From NCBI GenBank assembly GCA_048013815.1, contig CM106585.1, positions 3,658,001 to 3,722,000 of the forward strand: a stretch of 64,000 nucleotides of DNA, given 5' to 3'. Each line of letters begins with the position of its first letter. Position 1 is the stretch's first letter. Below, in pieces: positions 37,701-53,100 of the stretch. The notes beneath the pieces were generated by a model. That model saw only the letters and a program-made list of their open reading frames with translations, was not told where the DNA came from and made no database searches. Made by a program: the position numbers and the translations under genes. Source of the DNA: Setoptus koraiensis. Its lineage: Eukaryota; Animalia; Arthropoda.

Positions 37701-40700
37701 AGCAACAACAACAGCGACATCGGCACACAGCGACAAGCGAGGGGCGCCAGAGAAATGAAAAATGGTCAAACTTATCGTCAGCATCGGTGGTCGTGTGTCA
37801 GCTGATTTCAGATGTCACTATCATCAATATTGTATGGCTGGCCCAAAAGAGAGCGAGAGACAACTAACGACATTTCAGCGACTCAATTGCTTTGCTGGCT
37901 CAATTGGCGTTTGCAACACGATGTGAAAATGTCACGCTTCATTTCAGTTTGGGGCCGCTCTCTCTCTCGAATTATCCCATCAGGTGGGCGTGTGGGCATC
38001 AGCTGATGTGCACCTAGCAGCGGGTTGTTGCTGTTGCTGTTTGGTTGGGGTCGCCCTCTCAATTGGCCTCCATGTCTGGCAGTCTATCAATTCAAATTAG
38101 ATTTTGTGTGTACCGTTTGGCGGCGGTTGCTCGCTCGACGCGCCACCTCAAGCACCTCCGAAGGCCCCATCCAGCTACTGGCCCCATTGAGCTGGCCCCA
38201 TTGAGCTGGCCCCATCGAGCCCGACCAAACCAACCAACTAACCCACGCAACTAACTAGAGCCAACTGAGCGAGCTATAGCGAGCTGCTTCGAGAGCGTGC
38301 TGTAGCGGTCGTAATAGTTACCTTGTAAATCCGGCTAGCGACACACAGCAGCGAGCCGTAATATCTGAGCCGTTCAAAGTGTCACCAACGCCAGGCTGCT
38401 GCTATTTTGGTATCAGGCAATGTCACTGGGATGTTATATACATTGAGTAGTGCTGGTAGTAGTGGATTTTGAGCAGTTATAATATTATAAATGTAGAGCT
38501 GTCTACTTGATGGTGGCCTCAACTTCTTTGCAATATTCCCCTGATATATAGCAATATTATCATGCCATTGTGAATGATTGCCGTGTGAGATGTGAAGAGG
38601 CCGTAAGAATAAGTTTGATAAACATATACGCAGACCGAGAGAGAGCATACATAATAGAGTTGTCAAATGTTGCACATAGCTACTTATATCTGACATAAAA
38701 TGCTGACTGGCCGCCCTGCTCGTCGCGCCAACCATACACTACCTATAGACTCTACACTACGGTATGTATACCAAGAGTATAGACCCAAAGAGATGTAAAT
38801 GGATAGTTGGCGCGCAGAGATGGGGCCCGGCTGCCAAGACGACACTGCCAGCCAGCCAGCCAGTCGGCCAGCCAGCCCGGCTGCTCAATATCGCATGAAT
38901 AATGACTCTACTTTTTACCATTATTGTTACGTGCTTGAGGCCCGGCGCGCAAACCGGCCAAGTGGGCCGCCACTCGCAGAACGCATGCATTGCGACAGTG
39001 CAAAATTATACATCTCGAAACTATAATTTGCCCGGCCCGCCACGCAAGGCGTTCTGGCGCTGCTGTGATTTGGAACGGTGCCGATGCTGCCGGGCCCATT
39101 TTGGCAAATTTCATCTAAATCTGGCGAATCGCGATTTAGATGAAATGCCACAAGCAAATGGCCAAACAATCCAGTCAATAGTCATCGTTTATTTATATAG
39201 TCAGCCAGTTGCAAATTTGTCCACTAGAGTCTAGTGACTAGACTCTAGTGACTAGAGTAGCAGAGATAGCAAATTGGCACACCAGTAGCGGGTTTAATTT
39301 GAGCCTGGCTGCCGGTTACGACGTGGGCAAAGTTACTAATTATCAGTGACAATTGAAAGCTATTATCCGGCTATCATCGCAGCCATCAATTGATAATTTG
39401 CTGTAGGTGAGTGGTTGTTTTTGGCTGGCACTCAGGCCCGCCAACAGTGACCAAAACACTAGCTACATGCCGGTAGATGGCCAGTGTTTTGGCCGTAGCG
39501 AGTGGGTGGCGCTTGGGTGGCAAATTGGTAAATTGGTTTAGAGATTGCCAGTAACTATTATCCGGTAACCTCCGACTAAGTGAGCCGCCCACTCGGGCCC
39601 CTGTACCAGCAGCCTGTATCATACAGGCTGCATTATACAGGCTGTATTATACAGGCTGTATGTGGTGAGCGCGTAAGTGTGCCCCCCGTTTCCACTTTGC
39701 GGCTTGCCTGATACCAGCAGACAAAATTGAATTAGACAATACAAACTTGCTGGTTGGTGGCGCAAATTTTCAAATTCAATTTATTTGCACCAGGCGCGCA
39801 CGTAATAATTTAATCCGTGCCCAGTGCCGCTAATTCTCATCGTTTGCCACCGTTGGTCTATGGCCGGTCTTTTACATACTCTCTATAATCATATAATATG
39901 CCAGCCTCTCGCTCTCGCTATTACATAGCCATGCTATTACATAACTCTTGAGCTATTATATAAGGGCACATTGTACATATTGTGCCGTATTATACGTGTG
40001 CCGGTTGTTGTGCGAGGCCCTAGGGTCATTGTGGTTCGCGACTTGGCGCCAGTTGCAACTCAATAGTCAACTCACTAGTCACGAGCCACGTTGGCCTGGC
40101 CGAGCCGAGCCGAGCATATTGCAGCCACTGTTATGGGTTCACGTTTGCAGTGTTGCGTAATGTTACGCAACTGGCAATTGGCAGTGCTCGCAGGTTGCCG
40201 GCTGCCAGTTGCAACCTCTCATTAGTGGACACTGTCATGAGTGGGCACAATGTGCACCCATTAACCTGCAGTATCTTTTGTAGAGTATATTATCTTGGCA
40301 AAATGCTGAGCTCAATCTCTCACTCACACTATCGACTATTGCCGAACACTCATTAACATTGAATTTATTTGCCCCGAACCATTTCTACTAAACGACGACG
40401 ACAACAACAACTGCCGCCGCCGCCGCCCCAAAACAACAACTTGCCCAAAACAACAACTTGCGCCGGCTAAAACCCAAAAATGGACCCCATTTGCGACCAT
40501 TTGTGCCACTGTGTTACTGCGTGCCGTTTGCACCGGCAACACACACACAAACTAACACACAAACTAACTAACTAACAAACTAACCCGCACCCTGGCACCG
40601 CGGCACCGTGCCCAATTGCATCATTATTACTCTGGATGGTGTTTGGATAATAATCATGATAAATACAGTGCCTCCACGATGGAAATTGGAGCCCACGGAT

Positions 40701-41119
40701 CAATTTGCCATAATAGGCGACACAGTTGTAATAGATTGCCAAGCCGAGGGGTAAGTCTAGTCAGTCGATGTCGGCTGTTTGCGATAATATGACACACACA
40801 CACTCTTGCCTCGTCTCGCCTCGCCGGTAAAGTGTCTTTTCGACATTTTCGACACAACTCTAATCTAGTGGCGAGTGCCGGCCGACGACTACGTGTCAGC
40901 GCGCTGATATCATTAAAGTTTATATATTTCTCAATGTGACAATATGTCTGTCTCATTGAGTACACATATGTCATGTGTCACTGATGATGATGGTCAGTTT
41001 TGCAGTTTTTAAACTGCCCCAACTGCTGGCACCCACTTGCCGGCGTCACTTGCCAGCGTACCCATGCCCTATCTGTGTCGTCCGTCTGGGCGCCTCGCTG
41101 CGGACTCGGCTGGTCAGCG

Positions 41120-41158
<39 letters not shown>

Positions 41159-44100
41159 TGGACAGAGTAAACAGTAACGGATCAACTGTCATGTTGACCT
41201 GTCGCCGTCGCTACAGCCAGTAACAGTGCAGCCGGCAATTGGCGCAAACACGCGCACTTGTTAACACGGCAACACGGGCCACTTCCGCTTGGCCTGGTGC
41301 GTTTGTTGTGACACTTGGCGCGTGGTGCGCGCGCTGTCACAAGCGACGCACGACTAACAACTTCCGATTGCTGGCTCTGATGAAGCCTGGATTTTCATCT
41401 TGGCTCATGTTGATAATGTTTGCCAAGTTTGTTATTTTGTCATTGTTTGTCTCCACTCGAATCACTGACTTGCTCATGCTCGCAATTTTGCTCACTGTTC
41501 GCTCGCAAGACGCTCGTTTGTTGTTGTACGAGCCACCAAAAACGAGCCACCAAAAAGTTGTGACAAAAAGTTGCTCGCTCTTGTCAGTGCTGTTGCCACT
41601 AGCTGTGCGACAATAGACAATCAATTGCGTCATTCTATCAAGAGTCATTGTGCGTGTGCGTGTGCGTGTGTGTCGTGCTCGTCGAGTGAATTGTCTGTGT
41701 GAGTATGTGACACAATTGTATGACTGTGCCAGTGCACAGCCGTTTTACACTTGATTGGGTGCGCCACTGGCGATTGTCGTTGCAAGCTGCACACTCTTTC
41801 TTGGGCCCCCGTTGGCCCCAAGAGAAATGGCAATCGCGCCAGTCGAGCTGTTTGGCCGAAATTATGTGTGCGTGTGTGTATAATTATTGAGCGCAACACA
41901 AAGAGACGACAAATTTACATGAGACGACATTTCTGCGCTGCCGGCGACCGATGGGCGAGTCGAGCACGATCGTCGCGATCGTCGCGATCGTTGCGATCGT
42001 TGCGAATTGCGAAAGTCGCGATAAAGGGAGAGTCGCAAGAGTCGCGAGAGAGGGAGAGCTGCGAGGAAGGGAGAGAGCGGGAGAGGCCAGGAAGACAGCT
42101 TAGCGAGACACTTCCTGCGGCGCGTTAGGTCGCCCCCTCGCGGAGCCATCGAGTGTGTTTAGCAGCAGCGGCCGAGCTGACATTGGCCAGGCGCCCGAAT
42201 TCATGGAAAAAGACGACAGAGGCAGCGCGATATTAGCGAGCCAGTCAAAGTATGCGCAGACTGTGCACAGTCGAGCCTTCTTTTTATACAATTCTCGCCA
42301 ACCAATGGACTGGTGGCCACTGATGGCCATCATATAGCACCATGCAGCACCACGTAGCACCACGCAGCACCACGCAGCACCACGCAGCACCACGCAGCAC
42401 CACGCAGCACCACGCAGCACCACGCAGCACCACGCAGCACCATCGTGTTGCATCGTGGAGAAGCGTCGTGTAGAATGGGGAGCGGGCACAGTTGCCGCTG
42501 GTAGAGAAAGCGCTTGCGTCGTTACGCAACTCATATCTATCAGCATTCTATCAGTATGGTTATTGTGCGTGTATATTCCATCATTGGCCATCATTGCCAT
42601 CGATAGCAACAACAGCAACAGCAGCAACAACAGCGACAGCAACAACGACAACAGCAACGACAACAGCAACGACAACAGCAACGACGGCAGCAACAACGAC
42701 AACAACAATGGGCACACTCGGCCATTGTTGTGTGGCTGTCAGATGGTTGTTGTTGTTGTTGCCAGCTAGCCCAGAGAATGGCCTAGAGAAATGTCGCGGC
42801 CAATATCGGTATCGAGAGAGCGAGCGTCGATAAAAAGAATCCACTCAAGACCCAAACAAGATGCCATCTGGCGGTTTTAATGGTGGCCCGTGGTGGTTGT
42901 GCGAGCGGGTAGTGCCCACAGCGCCAACAATAGCTTTACAATTGTTAATTGTAAAGCGATAAATTGTCACTGCTCACTTTCGGCCGTGTTTGCTAGCTGC
43001 CACCGGCCCCACTATCTGGCAGTACTAGTGAGTGTGCAACAGAACGGGGCTGATGTTGCCGATATCCGTTGGTCGGGCATGTGCCAACCGGGCTAAATGA
43101 AGAGATTTTTGGGGCTGGGGGGGCTCCAAAAAGGCGCAAACGCTGGCTGCAAACGCTGGCTGCAAACGCTGGCTGCAAACACGGCGGCAGCGTGTTAGTT
43201 GCGCGACAGAGACAGCCAGAGAAAAGGTGCCAACACGGCTAATTGCGTTACGGAGTCTCCTTTGGGCCGAAGCTTTTCGTAACAGTATCATATGGCACCA
43301 GGTAACGGCAGTGACCAGCTCGATGCTAGATAAATGTTGCCCAACACACTCTATACACACCGGCGCTGCTAAGTTGCGTGAGCTCGTTCAAGAATTATAT
43401 CATATAACGCCCAAAAGGGGGCCACAGAAATAGCGACACTGAGAGAGAGCGCGAACAGGTAACTGCGCCAGGCAATTAAAGCCACTAATAGTGTAGCAGT
43501 GATTTAAAGATGAGCGTGGCAGTCGTAATGTCGTCGTTGTTTTCATGACTATTTCGCCGCTGCCACTGCCGCTGCCGCTGCCGCTGCCCCTGCCAACGCC
43601 AACTTACCGAATGGATGCGTTACAAAGCCAGCTTACTATTACATCGGCTCTACACTGTTGATGACAAAATTGTCATCAAATGTGCGCCCTCTGTATCACG
43701 CGAGCTGCACGTTAGCAAAACGCTAGCCAGCGGCCAGCTAATTTGGCCGGCTCAGTGTGGCCAGCGGCTCCATCGGGCCATAATTCAGATGTAACTGTAG
43801 CTGTATTTTGGTGTCGTTTGCTCTGCTTGTTCCGTTGCACTGTGTTCCGCTGCGCTCCGTTCAATGGCTGTCCGTTCAATGGCAGTCCGTTCAATGGCAG
43901 TCTGGCCACTTGCAGTGGTCAATGGTTTGGGCCAACATGAGGGCAATTTGTTGTTGTTATAAATGCGAGCGTTGGCCACAACGCAACAACGGCGACATCT
44001 TTTAAAGTGTCACCACAGACCCAAACTTTTGCACTTGTCCACGCTGAGCATATGGACAAGTGCAAAAGTTGCATCAACATTTCAACAATTTCAACGCTAA

Positions 44101-47100
44101 CTCTAATAGATAGATACACCTCTCAATTGTGCTTTCAAGTGGCCTCATCGTCACATAAGTGCCAACGCCAACGCTCCCGACGAGACAAAGCTGCTAGCGG
44201 GGCCCACAGGTGAGCCGCACAACAACCAACAGCACAATTGTAAACAAATCAGTTGTTGGAATTTTTGGCTTGTCGCTGCGCTCGATTTGTCCGCTTGCGC
44301 TAGCTTTATCTGATTGCTTGAAAAGCAATTGTCACCATTAGAGACTTGATTGCCTTCATAAATATATATTTCACGCCACTGACACAATTGCAATGGTTTG
44401 CAACCTTTTGCCCGCACAACAGTTTCGTTTTTTGTGCCAGGCCTCACATTTATCATACGATATCGTGCTAATAATAATCAAATCACTAATATCTCATGTC
44501 GTCGTTTCTCTTAATTGTTGCCCTCAATTGTCGGATTGAATAAAACGATGCACGATCATGGATAATCGCAAACAATCGCTGTCGCACAATCAGAAACCCG
44601 GCCCCATTCATAAGATGGAAACAATCAGTAATGCCGTTATCAAGTGGTGAGTATCTCAATCAGCGCCCTCGGCTTACCGGGCAACCAGCGCGGGTTCATT
44701 CGTAGCTGAGCGGATAATCGCATTCATATATAATTCGGCCAACACGTACAATGTGTTGTTATGTGTATACGGTAATATAAGATGAGAGAGCAGTGAAGCG
44801 AGAGTTGCGGATAGAGGGCAAAAAAGTGATGGTCAGTTTGCATTAGACGCATGCCGATTCACGCATGAATATAACTGGCTATTTATATAAGTTAGATAAG
44901 GCTGGCCAAAGAGAAAGGGGGCGCCCGCAGGCTTTTGGCTGTGTCACTTCTGTGTGATTTATTTAAATGAGTCACTAATGATTATCACTTGTGTAAGTTG
45001 TGCAAAAGCAACCACAACAACAACGGTTGTTGCTGCTGCTGGCCGGAATAGTGGGCGACGACGCAACAACAGTCAAGACTTTTGAGCCATTTTGAGACTG
45101 ATGGCGGCCATGCAAATGGCCACTGAACCATTATCATGATTGCTATTGTCGCCACACGATACGCTGCCAACACTGCAGTATCAAATACATTTGTGTATAT
45201 CCGACACACTGTTTATCTATATGCATATGGAATTCGCATTCGCGCATAGTGTATTCGGCTAAAGTATAACATTTATTTGTTTGCGTATAAATAGATGGCG
45301 AGAGAGCGGGACAGCTCACTATTGGTCACTCGCTAGTAGTGAGTCGCTAGTAGTGAGTGAGTTTGGCCACCAGTGGGCGTTTGTCAGTGGCTGTTGCATC
45401 ATTGTTGGCCAGCTAAATAGTGTCACCAGTGCAAATGGTGTGCTTAAATAGAATAGCCATTGGTGTGTTTGGCCCCATTGAGACAATGGGGCGAGAGTTG
45501 TGCCAATTATATTTGCCTGCCGAGCTGCTGCCGAGCTGCCTGCAATCGAGTGGATGGGCGACTTAAAAAGCCAGCACTAGAGCCGTTCGTGTATTATATA
45601 TCTTGTCAGTTGGCTGCGGCGCCAATGGAAACACAGCGCGAGCAGGGAGAGCAATCAAGCTGAAGCTCATGCCTAATTCATCAGTTGAAGCTGACGGTGA
45701 TGTTGGCCACGTTTATCCCGTGAATGAACAAGCCAGCCGGCCAGCCAACGGATAGAAAAAGAATAGGCAACGGATAACCGATACCAGCGAGCCAGCGGAA
45801 CGTGCTCTGGGCGCGCCGTTTTGTCTCTGTGCGATCATCATGGTCAATAATAAGTTTATTCCTCGTCAGACGCAACCAACAAAACAACCACGACCAAAGG
45901 AGCCAGCCAAAGGAGTTACATAACGTTCGTGATGATGATGATCGGCAAAGCTGCGCGCTGGCTTTTAACCAGCAACTCAAGTGCCTCGCTTGTCTCTATC
46001 TAATCGATTCTTTGTTGAGACGACCCAATTGAGGCCCGGCATTGCCGAGCCATTGCAAGCCGCAACGCGATCAGTGGCGCCCACTATGTCAAAATTGCAC
46101 ACACTACAGAAAGAGACTAGTTGCAGTGGCAGAGAACGAGATAGAGAACAAAGAATATACAGCATTTAACATATATAATGTTGTCTGGTAAATGTTTGCC
46201 GTTTGCTCTCTCTCTCTCTCTGGCGGCCAGAGTCTGGCCAGCCGACTCGCCGGCACAATTGGGCCCCGCCGACACACACACACACTCGGTGGCACTTGTA
46301 CGCGTGGTAAGTGATGCGGATCATCAATTTGACTACCATTTAAACATATCCGCTCCACGAGGCCGGCAACACGGCCAAGACGGCCCACCAATTGATGGTT
46401 GCCTATGGCTGGTGCTTATTGTGGCGATTATTATTGTCGCGCAGCAGGCCCACAATTTTCCAGCAACCAATGGTTAAATTTTTGCCATTCATCCACTATC
46501 TCCATTTATCCGGTTGTTTATATTTAAATTCTAGCCCCCAAATTTGAGCTAGAGACATTGCGAGCGACCAGAGCTTGCGCTGACAGCCCGCTGTGAGTGG
46601 GCGACCGACAGAGAGAGACAGCCAACAACAAATTGCTAACAAACAACAAATGTTGTTGCAATATTGCAAATACAGGCAGCGATTTGCGTGACTCATCTCG
46701 GATGTCGCGTCTCAGATTTCATTCAGATTTCATTCAGATTTCATTCAGATGAGGCTCTCTCTCATGAGAGAGAGATCAATTTAAATTTGGCGATCATGAC
46801 GAGCACGATGATGATGACGATCTGACATTGGCAACAAACGACACATGTCGACCAATGTTGAACCGTTGGTGTCACTTGAAAGCTTATGTTTGTTTCAGTC
46901 TGATTGCTATGGCGCGCTGATGATGCGACCCCAATGCGTGATGTTAATGTTATTTAACATTATGCTCGATAGATAGAGAGTTTGCCCTCTCAACAACCAG
47001 TTGTTTGGTGGTGCTGCTGCTGCTGCAATCAATTATCCGCATCGATAGATGCTTTTCCACTCAACTACACAATGTACTGCTCACGTCGTCACCTCGATGC

Positions 47101-50100
47101 CGAGATATGTCTGGCACGGCTCCGATGGCTATCAAATTGATATAAATAGCACTAACGCAATCAGTCAGCGATTTGCATGCTGCCTGAAACACTCAATGGG
47201 CTCTCTGGCTGGCTCTTCAAAATCTCTGCTCAATCGAAACAGATCGCGTGAGTCAGATTTTGTCAGTATTTGAATTTGCGTCTACCACCAACGGTGACAC
47301 GCTCACTGGCAGCCGTCGCCGGACCAGCCCGTGCCCTCGTCGGGCCCACATTGGGCCCACCCTGGAGCCACACTGGAGCCACATTGGGCCCACATTGGGG
47401 CTCTTGTCTAATGAACGAGCTTCGAAACTGCACTCATCTCAGAGAAGTGGCGATCAAGTAGTTGCAATGGCATGCGCTCGATGATTCATGTTCATCTTGG
47501 CCGCGCCATGCCATTGAATTGCCATCGGAGTCAATGGAAATAATCCACTAGATCTCATGTCTGCACTATTGCTCGCCATCAATGATTCCAATGAGCATTT
47601 GATCGTGATTGCATGACAAGTTGCTGGCAACTTGGTGCCCAGCACAAGCGAGAATATTGATTAATAATAATCGACTTGCCATTGGGCGAGTCACCCGCAG
47701 TTCCATTAGACGTCGTGTGTAAAGCGGATATATGTGGATACATATAGATGGTATGCAAATGGTGTTTGCTCGCTCCAATCGCTCACTACCACATACATAC
47801 ATGTACCCACACAGATATATATTTATATATATCAGATATATATTTATATACATCAGATATATATTTATATCTGTGTGGGTATATGTATGCATGTGGTGGA
47901 CAACTTGGTAAACGACGACAACGGCCAGCAACACAACACTAATCACCTTGCCAATCTTGACCCAATTTCGCGCCTCTTTTATGCCCTGCTAACATGCCCG
48001 CCGACGTGTCCGCCTGGTATTTCAAACACACAGACTTGCACGCCCATTTTTCTTCAAAATTATCCAGATCATCATTGCAATCGGCCGACAATTCGTCGTC
48101 GTCGTCGATGCATAAGTCGTTATCGTCAGCGTCAGATGAGCGACATCATCAGTTGGGCTCCTCTATCAATATGATGATTGATAACAATAACATTCTCGCT
48201 AACAATAATAATCATTTAGAATCTTCTGGGCCGGATAATCAGTTGGTCAGTTTAGAGCTGGCCTTCGAGCGGGCACAAGAGGACCAACAGCAACAACAAC
48301 AGCACCAATTGCACCAACAAATGCAGTCAAATTTCAAATTAATTAACAGCAATCATTACATGCAATCGCTAGAAAACGGTTCATTGTCTATACGGATGAT
48401 CAACAAAGAAAATGAGGGCTACTACATGTGCGAGGCAGACAATGGAGTCGAGCCAAATCTAAGCAAAATAGTCAAACTGATCGCTCATCATCAGGCCTCA
48501 TTCAAGAATGGTCATTTGTTTAAATTGATCAAATTGTTACATAACGAACAAATTAAGCTCGACTGTCAGCCTATTGGCGACAAACCGCTGACGGTTCAAT
48601 GGTTCAAAGACGGCCAGCCGATATCGTTGCCCCTGGACGGAAGTAAGCGCCACTCGGTGTCCGATATGGACTCGTACGCCTCCAATCAGAGGTGAGTTTT
48701 CTTTCAGTCCAGTCTAGTCTGTCTCTCTTGAAACTTCTTTTTGCTGCTCCGATATACAATTATGTAAATTTTGTTGTTGTTGTTGTTGTCGTTGTTGTTG
48801 TTGTGGTTGTTGTTGTGCTCACCATGACAGATTTCACTTTGATACGCGCGACTCAGAGGACGGACTCAGCAGTGACGCCATCGGACCGTCGGCGCAACGT
48901 TCTGACTCGGCGCTATACTCTTGCTTGGCCAAAAACAATTTTGGCTCTAGCGAACGCAAGCTGCGCGTCGTTGTCATGGAACGACCCGACAAACCGGAAC
49001 AAGTGGATATTGTGCAAGTGTCCAGCAGATCTATCAGTTTGCGCTGGCTGGCCCCATTCGACGGCAACAGTCCCATAACTCGATATCAGTTTGAATACAA
49101 ACGGCACAAAGGTGAGTCATTAGCCAGCGGTCGCACCTGATAAAGCGTCACTTTTCATAAAATCCCACCACCGATTCTGATCAAACCGTGATTTAACCGT
49201 TCCAATTGCCCGTTCTGAATTTCGATCGCGTCATCTACTCGCGCAAATCCACCACGAATTATTACGATTGATCAAATTAATTAATTAATTGATCAATTTG
49301 AAATTGATTGCAACAGAGCCCTGGTCGGCGGCCACCACCATTGAATTTGCGGCCGCACCTGTCGGGCCCATGCTAACCAATCTTGGTGGCAAAATATATT
49401 CCGTCACAAATGATCGTCAGCAAACTGACGGGCTCGCTGCAACGGGCTCCTCAATGGACCAAGGCACCACAAGCAACAACAACAACAACAACAATCAGAT
49501 TTTAATCGACGCTAATCAGTCGCCTTACACTCACTTAATGAGCCAAACAGGAAGTGACAGCCAAGTATCGCAACATCAGACTATTGTCATGGATGTGCCC
49601 AGTGGTCAATTACAAGGGGGTGCCACGCTAACCGGAAATTCGCTTACAACGGTAACGGCAAGCGCCAATCAGCAGCAGCAATCTCAAGCTGCCGCAAACA
49701 ACAACAAACAAACTATTCAGCATAGTATACAATCGTTACAACCATTGACTAGATATTCAATTAGAGTTAGTGCGATCAATGCCATCGGCAAAAGTGGCCC
49801 CAGTGTCGCATTGGATATTCGCACGGAAGAAGAAGGTAAGTTCACCTGGCGATCACCTAGCTTCTTTGTTTGTTGTGCTCACTTGTCTTTGCATGCTCCC
49901 ATTTGCCAACTTATTTTCGCTCTTCCTATCTCCGGCCTGAAATATATTTATATGTATATATATATTTCTTATCTCGGCTACAACTATTATCATTATTGTT
50001 GTTGTTAGTATCGTCTTATTTTAGCTATAATAATATAAGCTGATGCTCATCTGGCAATGGGTGCAATAGCAGCCAGCATCTACTAAATGATATAAATATT

Positions 50101-53100
50101 TACGTGGCCAATTTCTGGGTCTTATCGCCTCTCGCCTCTAACATTATTTGCAAGGCATGCACAGCGTTGGTCTGGCTGGCCGTTAAAGACGCAAACAGTT
50201 GTGGGTAGTTGTGCGATTTCGCGCATGAGATCTCTCCAATGGATCCCCAATCCTTTATTGATTGAAATCATTGGAGCTTGAAAATGGTTGCTGTTTATTA
50301 TCTCGTCGTGTTTTACTATCGCCATGCCAGATATTGGCCCTTGCATGCACCTCGTGTGTCCCTCTATTTCAATCTAGATATACTACCGATTTGTAGCACG
50401 ATACAAACAACAACAACAACAACAACTGACTCTGATCCGGTGGAAATTACTCTGCGCTGCTGCTATTACTGCTCGCATATTAAGATTATTATTATTATAA
50501 CCGGCATGCGCCTGCTCAACATTTATCTAGTGCTTCTTGTTGCTAGTAGATATTCTAGAAATTAGTTAGCAATATATGCTGGCACAGATTTGCGGGGGCC
50601 CGAGCTCGCCGGCTAACAGGCGCCAATAGCAAGCATTCTAGCATATTCTGTAGCCCGACAATGGGGCCTCCATTTCGACCATAGTATGCAGGAAATATTC
50701 ATTTCAATCAATTTTTATTTATCTAAATAGAACACGCATCTGAAGACGTGTTTGCCGAGAGGCAGTCGTTTGTGCTGTTTGAGTCTAGACGTTGCTTGAG
50801 TCTAGACTAGAAGTTGAGCCGACTGTATATGAATGACGTAACAGCAATATCATTTTATAGCTGGCATAACAGCAACAACAGCAACAACAACAACCACAAA
50901 AACAGCAGCAACAACACAACAAGTTGAAATGAAAAATTGCTGCCACGAGAAAAGATTGATTTTTCTATTATAATCATAATTTCTAGGCCACCATAAGCCG
51001 GCAGCATTTGTTTTTCTCAACAAATAAAGCGTTTGCCGCATGCAAACGCGAGCTGCCATTTCGAGCCGCTGCCAGATAATTGTCACAATGGGGGGGCCCC
51101 CAAACAGCTCAACATTCTCGCCAACTGGCTCGATGCGCCACTCCAACTGGCCTATATGCCTAAAAGGTTGTGAGCAACGTTTTGATTAGAATTAGTGATT
51201 GTGAGCCATCATTAATGAGGCTCGGCTGAGCGCAGCGCCACGCAGGTAAAAATGTTCACCAATTTAAGCGTGGCCAATATTTGCTGACTTGCTGCTGGCC
51301 AAGGGATAATGATCCCGATAGTTGTTGCAGTTGCTGTTGTTGTTGTTGCTGCTGGCTGCCCGATGTGTTGTAGGCAGACAAGTGGGCACCAGTGGACATA
51401 GAGAAAGGGACCCAAATTGACGACAAGTAGCACTAGAAACGGCAACAGTAGTGGCAAATTGATTAGGCTAAGGGGCCAAGATTTAATGATGAAATCAGGT
51501 CAGTCAGTCAGTCAGTTGTTTACTTGTTTCGTGGGCTAGATGGATGGACCATTGGCCAGTTGAGCCAAAAACATGTGTCGTGCCCTATGTCGTGCAATGG
51601 GCCAAATGGGGATATGGGGAATTGGTGCGCCAGTGCGCCAGTAACAACAGCAACAGCAGCAGTATACAACAAACAAACGAAAAATACACTCACTATTTAT
51701 TAGCTAGTTTCATTGAATTTATTACATAATAGGAATTGTCGACACTGTGTGTAAATGAACAGTGAGAGTGTCCGACAGTGTCCATCTGGTTAGCTGGGGC
51801 CATTGGTCAGGTAAGGGCAGGGCTGGTGCGGGCACTGCAATACGTATCTGTCTTCTTCTCTGTCGCCACCAATGAGCCACCATTTACGCGTGCCCAACTC
51901 GCCGAGTGGGTCTTTTGGGTATTATAACCAACTATAAATGAGAGAAAGAGAGAGGGGCCCGTGTATTGGCTGCACTATATTTGTTGCTACATCGCATACA
52001 AATAACGGCCCACAACAGTGCCAGCAACTATCGAGTTTAATCCAATGATGAAATGTTCAGCTCGGCGGTCAATTCGGTCGGTGCCAGCACGACACACCGA
52101 CACACCGACCGCCAATCGCCAATGGAATATCAATGATCAGCTGATGATGTAACTATTGCACCGCGTAGTGATAGTGCATTCATTCAATTCAGAGAAACAG
52201 AGGAAAAGAGCGGATTATCCGCACGCTGATTATTGGGGGTGACAATTTTGCGCGCAAATGATATAATCGAAACGTGGCCAATTGAAACGGATCAAATTTA
52301 GTTTCCATTCTGCTTTTTGGTCTGCCCATTTTTCCAGTGTCTCTGCTGTCGTTCCTATGTGAGCGCCCTTCACAGCGGCTCAATCGGCCTCCGATCGCCC
52401 CAATGAAATTTGCAAACATTTACGCTCAGCTGGCCAGTGTATCACACCCAAACTGAGTCACAAATATCGCACCAGGCAAACAGCTAGACAGCCAGACAGT
52501 CAGACAGCCAGTCAGCCAGCGGCAACAATGTTAATGGGCAAAACTGACCACAAATGTGAGTGAACGCATGATTGTTGTGCGACACCCAGAAAAAGTGTCA
52601 TTCTAATAAATGCTTCAGTTGAATCGCAAAGGACCCCTCTGAGCCTCAGAGTGTGAGCCTCAGAGTCCGAGCCTCAGAGTGTGAGGCCACACCGAGCGAG
52701 CGCCACAAAAAACAACTTGGCTCAGCTTGCGCGACCATCGATATATCGATGCTGCTAGATCGACTATTTTGCTGCATCATCGACATCATCATCAGCACCA
52801 TTTTCGCTGCAAGTTGCAAGTTTGTCGCGCTCTACCATTCATCTGGAGCAGGGAATTATTTATTCGGCCGGGTGTTTGGCCTTTTGGAAGAAACCAGATT
52901 ATTTACTTAATGATCTTATTTATACCAGTAGCAGCCGCCAGAGTGAGTGTGTGTGTTCTGGTTCTTTTTGGCTCCTCTGGCCGGTCTGTCAGCCTCACAT
53001 AACGAGTTCGATGCGCCGCGGGGCCCCACTTCTCTTCCATTTGACTAGTGGGCTGCAGTGTGCGGCAGTCCGAGCAATTTGGGCCGCACGAGCCAGTTGG

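Noticed and set aside
42331-42443. Tandem repeats as CRISPR-like arrays
   Set aside because: No unique spacers, the units are directly adjacent, the context is eukaryotic, and there are no cas genes.
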